DNA of 61,364 bases, counting the filler. It is 6 parts of 6 records of this genome, joined end to end, with 100 filler letters (N's around TTAATTAATTAA, not from the genome) between each part and the next. Parts side by side here need not be neighbours in the genome. Positions count along the whole stretch, not along the records: positions 55,450 to 61,364 come from DRR723986_9978; 5 more parts are not named here. One strand, given 5' to 3'. Shown here piece by piece: positions 60,352 to 61,364 of this stretch. The first letter of the stretch is position 1. Each line of letters begins with the position of its first letter. Both the position numbers and the translations under genes were made by a program. The notes under the pieces are model-generated. The model was given only the letters and a program-made list of their open reading frames with translations, was not told the origin of the DNA and made no database searches.

Positions 60352-61090
60352 GGGTCAGAGCATCCTCGATGGCCGTCTCGATGCGAGACAGGCAATATTC
60401 ATCTGAAAACCGGTGGTCGGCCCCTTTGACCAGTTCCAGTCGAATGTCAGGACCGTCCATATGATCCAGCAGGCGCAGCGCGACGGACATGTCCACATCC
60501 TCATCCGCCGTGCCTTGCAGCAACCGCACGGGGGCGTTGATGACAAGCGGGCTGCGCAGGATCAGGTGCTGCCGCCCATCCTCGATCATGCGTTTTGTGA
60601 TGATATAGGGCTCACCGTAATCCGATGGCAGCGCCAGTTGACCCGTCTCAGCCATTTCGGCCTTCTGCGCGTCAGACCAACTGTCCCACATACCGTCTTC
60701 AGTGAAATCCGGCGCGGCGGCGATGCCCACCAGCCCGGCCACCAGATCGGGGTGCTTGCGGGCAAACAGCAACGCCTGCCAGCCACCCATGGAAGACCCC
60801 ACGAGGATCTGCGGGCCTTCGGTCAGGGTGATGATCGCGGCCTCTGCATCCTCGGCCCAATCGCCGATGCAACCGTCGGTGAACTGGCCAGAGCTTTCGC
60901 CATGCCCGGAATAGTCAAACCGCAAAAAGGCGCGGCCGGTGCGCTTGGCCCAGGCCTCCAGATGCAGTGCCTTGCTGCCCTGCATGTCGGATTTCAGCCC
61001 TCCCAGAAACACCACCCCCGGCCCGTCACCCGGCGTCTGATGAAAGGCGATCTTGCGTCCCTGCCGTGTGGTCAGCGTCTGTGGGGTCAT
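60344..61090 (-). CDS. alpha/beta hydrolase
   Basis: FLGG-KSDM-G-KA, FDYSGHG, GSSMGG, DHRFS. Confidence 0.93.
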   Translation of the reverse strand: MTPQTLTTRQGRKIAFHQTPGDGPGVVFLGGLKSDMQGSKALHLEAWAKRTGRAFLRFDYSGHGESSGQFTDGCIGDWAEDAEAAIITLTEGPQILVGSSMGGWQALLFARKHPDLVAGLVGIAAAPDFTEDGMWDSWSDAQKAEMAETGQLALPSDYGEPYIITKRMIEDGRQHLILRSPLVINAPVRLLQGTADEDVDMSVALRLLDHMDGPDIRLELVKGADHRFSDEYCLSRIETAIEDALTHV

Positions 61091-61364
61091 GGTCGGTTGC
61101 CTCCTCTTTGCTCATGGTTTTGCCCGTGGCGCGGCTTGGGAACAAGAAATTATGCCCCTGCCCCCGCAAAATGGCGGCCTTTGATCGGGGTGACATTGCG
61201 TCAAGCAAGATCCATCCCCTACCCCCTTAACGTTAACGGACGGGGTTAAGGTTAACGCCAGGGATACGGGATCAGGCCGGGCGGATGCATCCACCCTTGA
61301 CACAGGGCGCGTCAGACGTCACCTCTGCCCCCGAAACCATATACCCGCAACCGGGCGTTCCGTG

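Overview
The window is not one locus. It is six contig fragments (1-14710, 14811-31930, 32031-38597, 38698-44061, 44162-55349, 55450-61364) joined by artificial N44-TTAATTAATTAA-N44 linkers. Gene content indicates marine Rhodobacteraceae (Roseobacter group): dddP, a SAM-SAH riboswitch before metK, DUF2484 and Hint-domain proteins. Contigs 3, 5 and 6 look GC-richer than 1, 2 and 4, so more than one genome may be mixed. Most genes are housekeeping: phoH-ybeY-corC-lnt-metK-trmB-aroA-cmk, glnA, purB, acnA, the dcw cluster, ctaD, lipB, dapD, dapE, rnr and a LacI-regulated sugar ABC system. No transposase, integrase, CRISPR array or rRNA was found. The most unusual items are: (1) four consecutive 20-bp palindromes after dapD, three centred on GTCGAC, with different arms and an outer closing stem; (2) a low-GC, kinase-less pseudo-receiver / winged-HTH / MASE1-like trio with repeated TCAWWWTGA boxes; (3) a LuxR-HTH fused to an apparently inactive alpha/beta-hydrolase, with a divergent structured sRNA candidate sharing a 16-mer with the gene's leader; (4) a stand-alone NRPS condensation domain next to an active/inactive Hint-domain pair; (5) a Crp/Fnr-DUF2892 unit whose candidate operator overlaps the regulator's own stop codon; (6) tandem paralogous small membrane proteins inside the dcw cluster.
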